This document shows, piece after piece, positions 63,601-64,000 of a stretch of DNA of 64,000 nt. The stretch covers positions 3,596,001 to 3,660,000 of the forward strand of contig OZ374557.1 in the NCBI GenBank assembly GCA_977862235.1. Reading direction: 5' to 3'. The notes under the pieces were generated by a model. The model ran no database searches. It worked only from the letters and a program-made list of their open reading frames with translations, and was not told the origin of the DNA. Numbering within the stretch: the first letter of the stretch is position 1; each line of letters starts with the position of its first letter. The DNA is from Dudresnaya verticillata (lineage: Eukaryota). A program made the translations under genes and the position numbers.

Positions 63601-64000
63601 GTTTGTCGTCGGAACCAGTTCGAATCCGCAAGGGAATCAGGGCAAGCCGCAAACGCCCCCTCCGCAACGGAATGCCCCGATATTATCGGTGGAGGACCAT
63701 GACGGAGTGGAATAAGTGGAATTGTGCGAGCCCATGGAGGCGGATCCGACTGGTGCACCCTTGATTTCGGAAACCTCAAGGGGGGGACACATAAGGGCGC
63801 CGCCATCCCCGCCCCACGGCGTTCCACCTCTCGTGAGTGTGGACTCGCCCAGGGATCGGCTAGATACCGTTATGGAACTCCCATTGGCTTTTCAGACCAA
63901 TGATCCTATATGTGTTATGCAACAACAACATTATAGGATTCAAATTACCGTGGGACAGAGAGATAGCGTGATGCTTCTTATAATCTCCGTATTGGAATCT

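Overview
This window is eukaryotic, transposon-saturated and largely decayed; I can support no intact host gene, rRNA, tRNA or CRISPR array. The TE proteins look to me like those of florideophyte red algae, but that is unverified. 1-8 kb: a mosaic of host-gene relics (SRR1-like, argininosuccinate lyase, ERO1, GT61 glycosyltransferase, Cid1-type TUTase) around a frameshifted Sola-like transposase. 8.1-17.3 kb: a 5'-truncated chromodomain Ty3/Gypsy element with a large antisense ORF between pol and the 3' LTR. 18-20.2 kb: a two-gene PIF/Harbinger element. 20475-29327: a complete Gypsy chromovirus (773-bp LTRs, AGCTG TSD). 32-50.6 kb: a 130-bp tandem array, two long decayed minus-strand genes that both end in a 2OG-Fe(II)-oxygenase-like domain, GAAAGGA-motif clusters, and a CACTA/Plavaka-like transposase split by a solo LTR. 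50607-54620: a MULE whose transposase frame begins with an HPD J-domain. 55-59.5 kb: the 3' end of another LTR element carrying a homolog of the antisense ORF. 60.7-64 kb: 5' LTR, PBS and gag of a further Gypsy element. The best novelty candidates are the conserved antisense retrotransposon protein family, the J-domain-MULE, and the oxygenase-like genes with motif clusters. All comparisons were made by eye.
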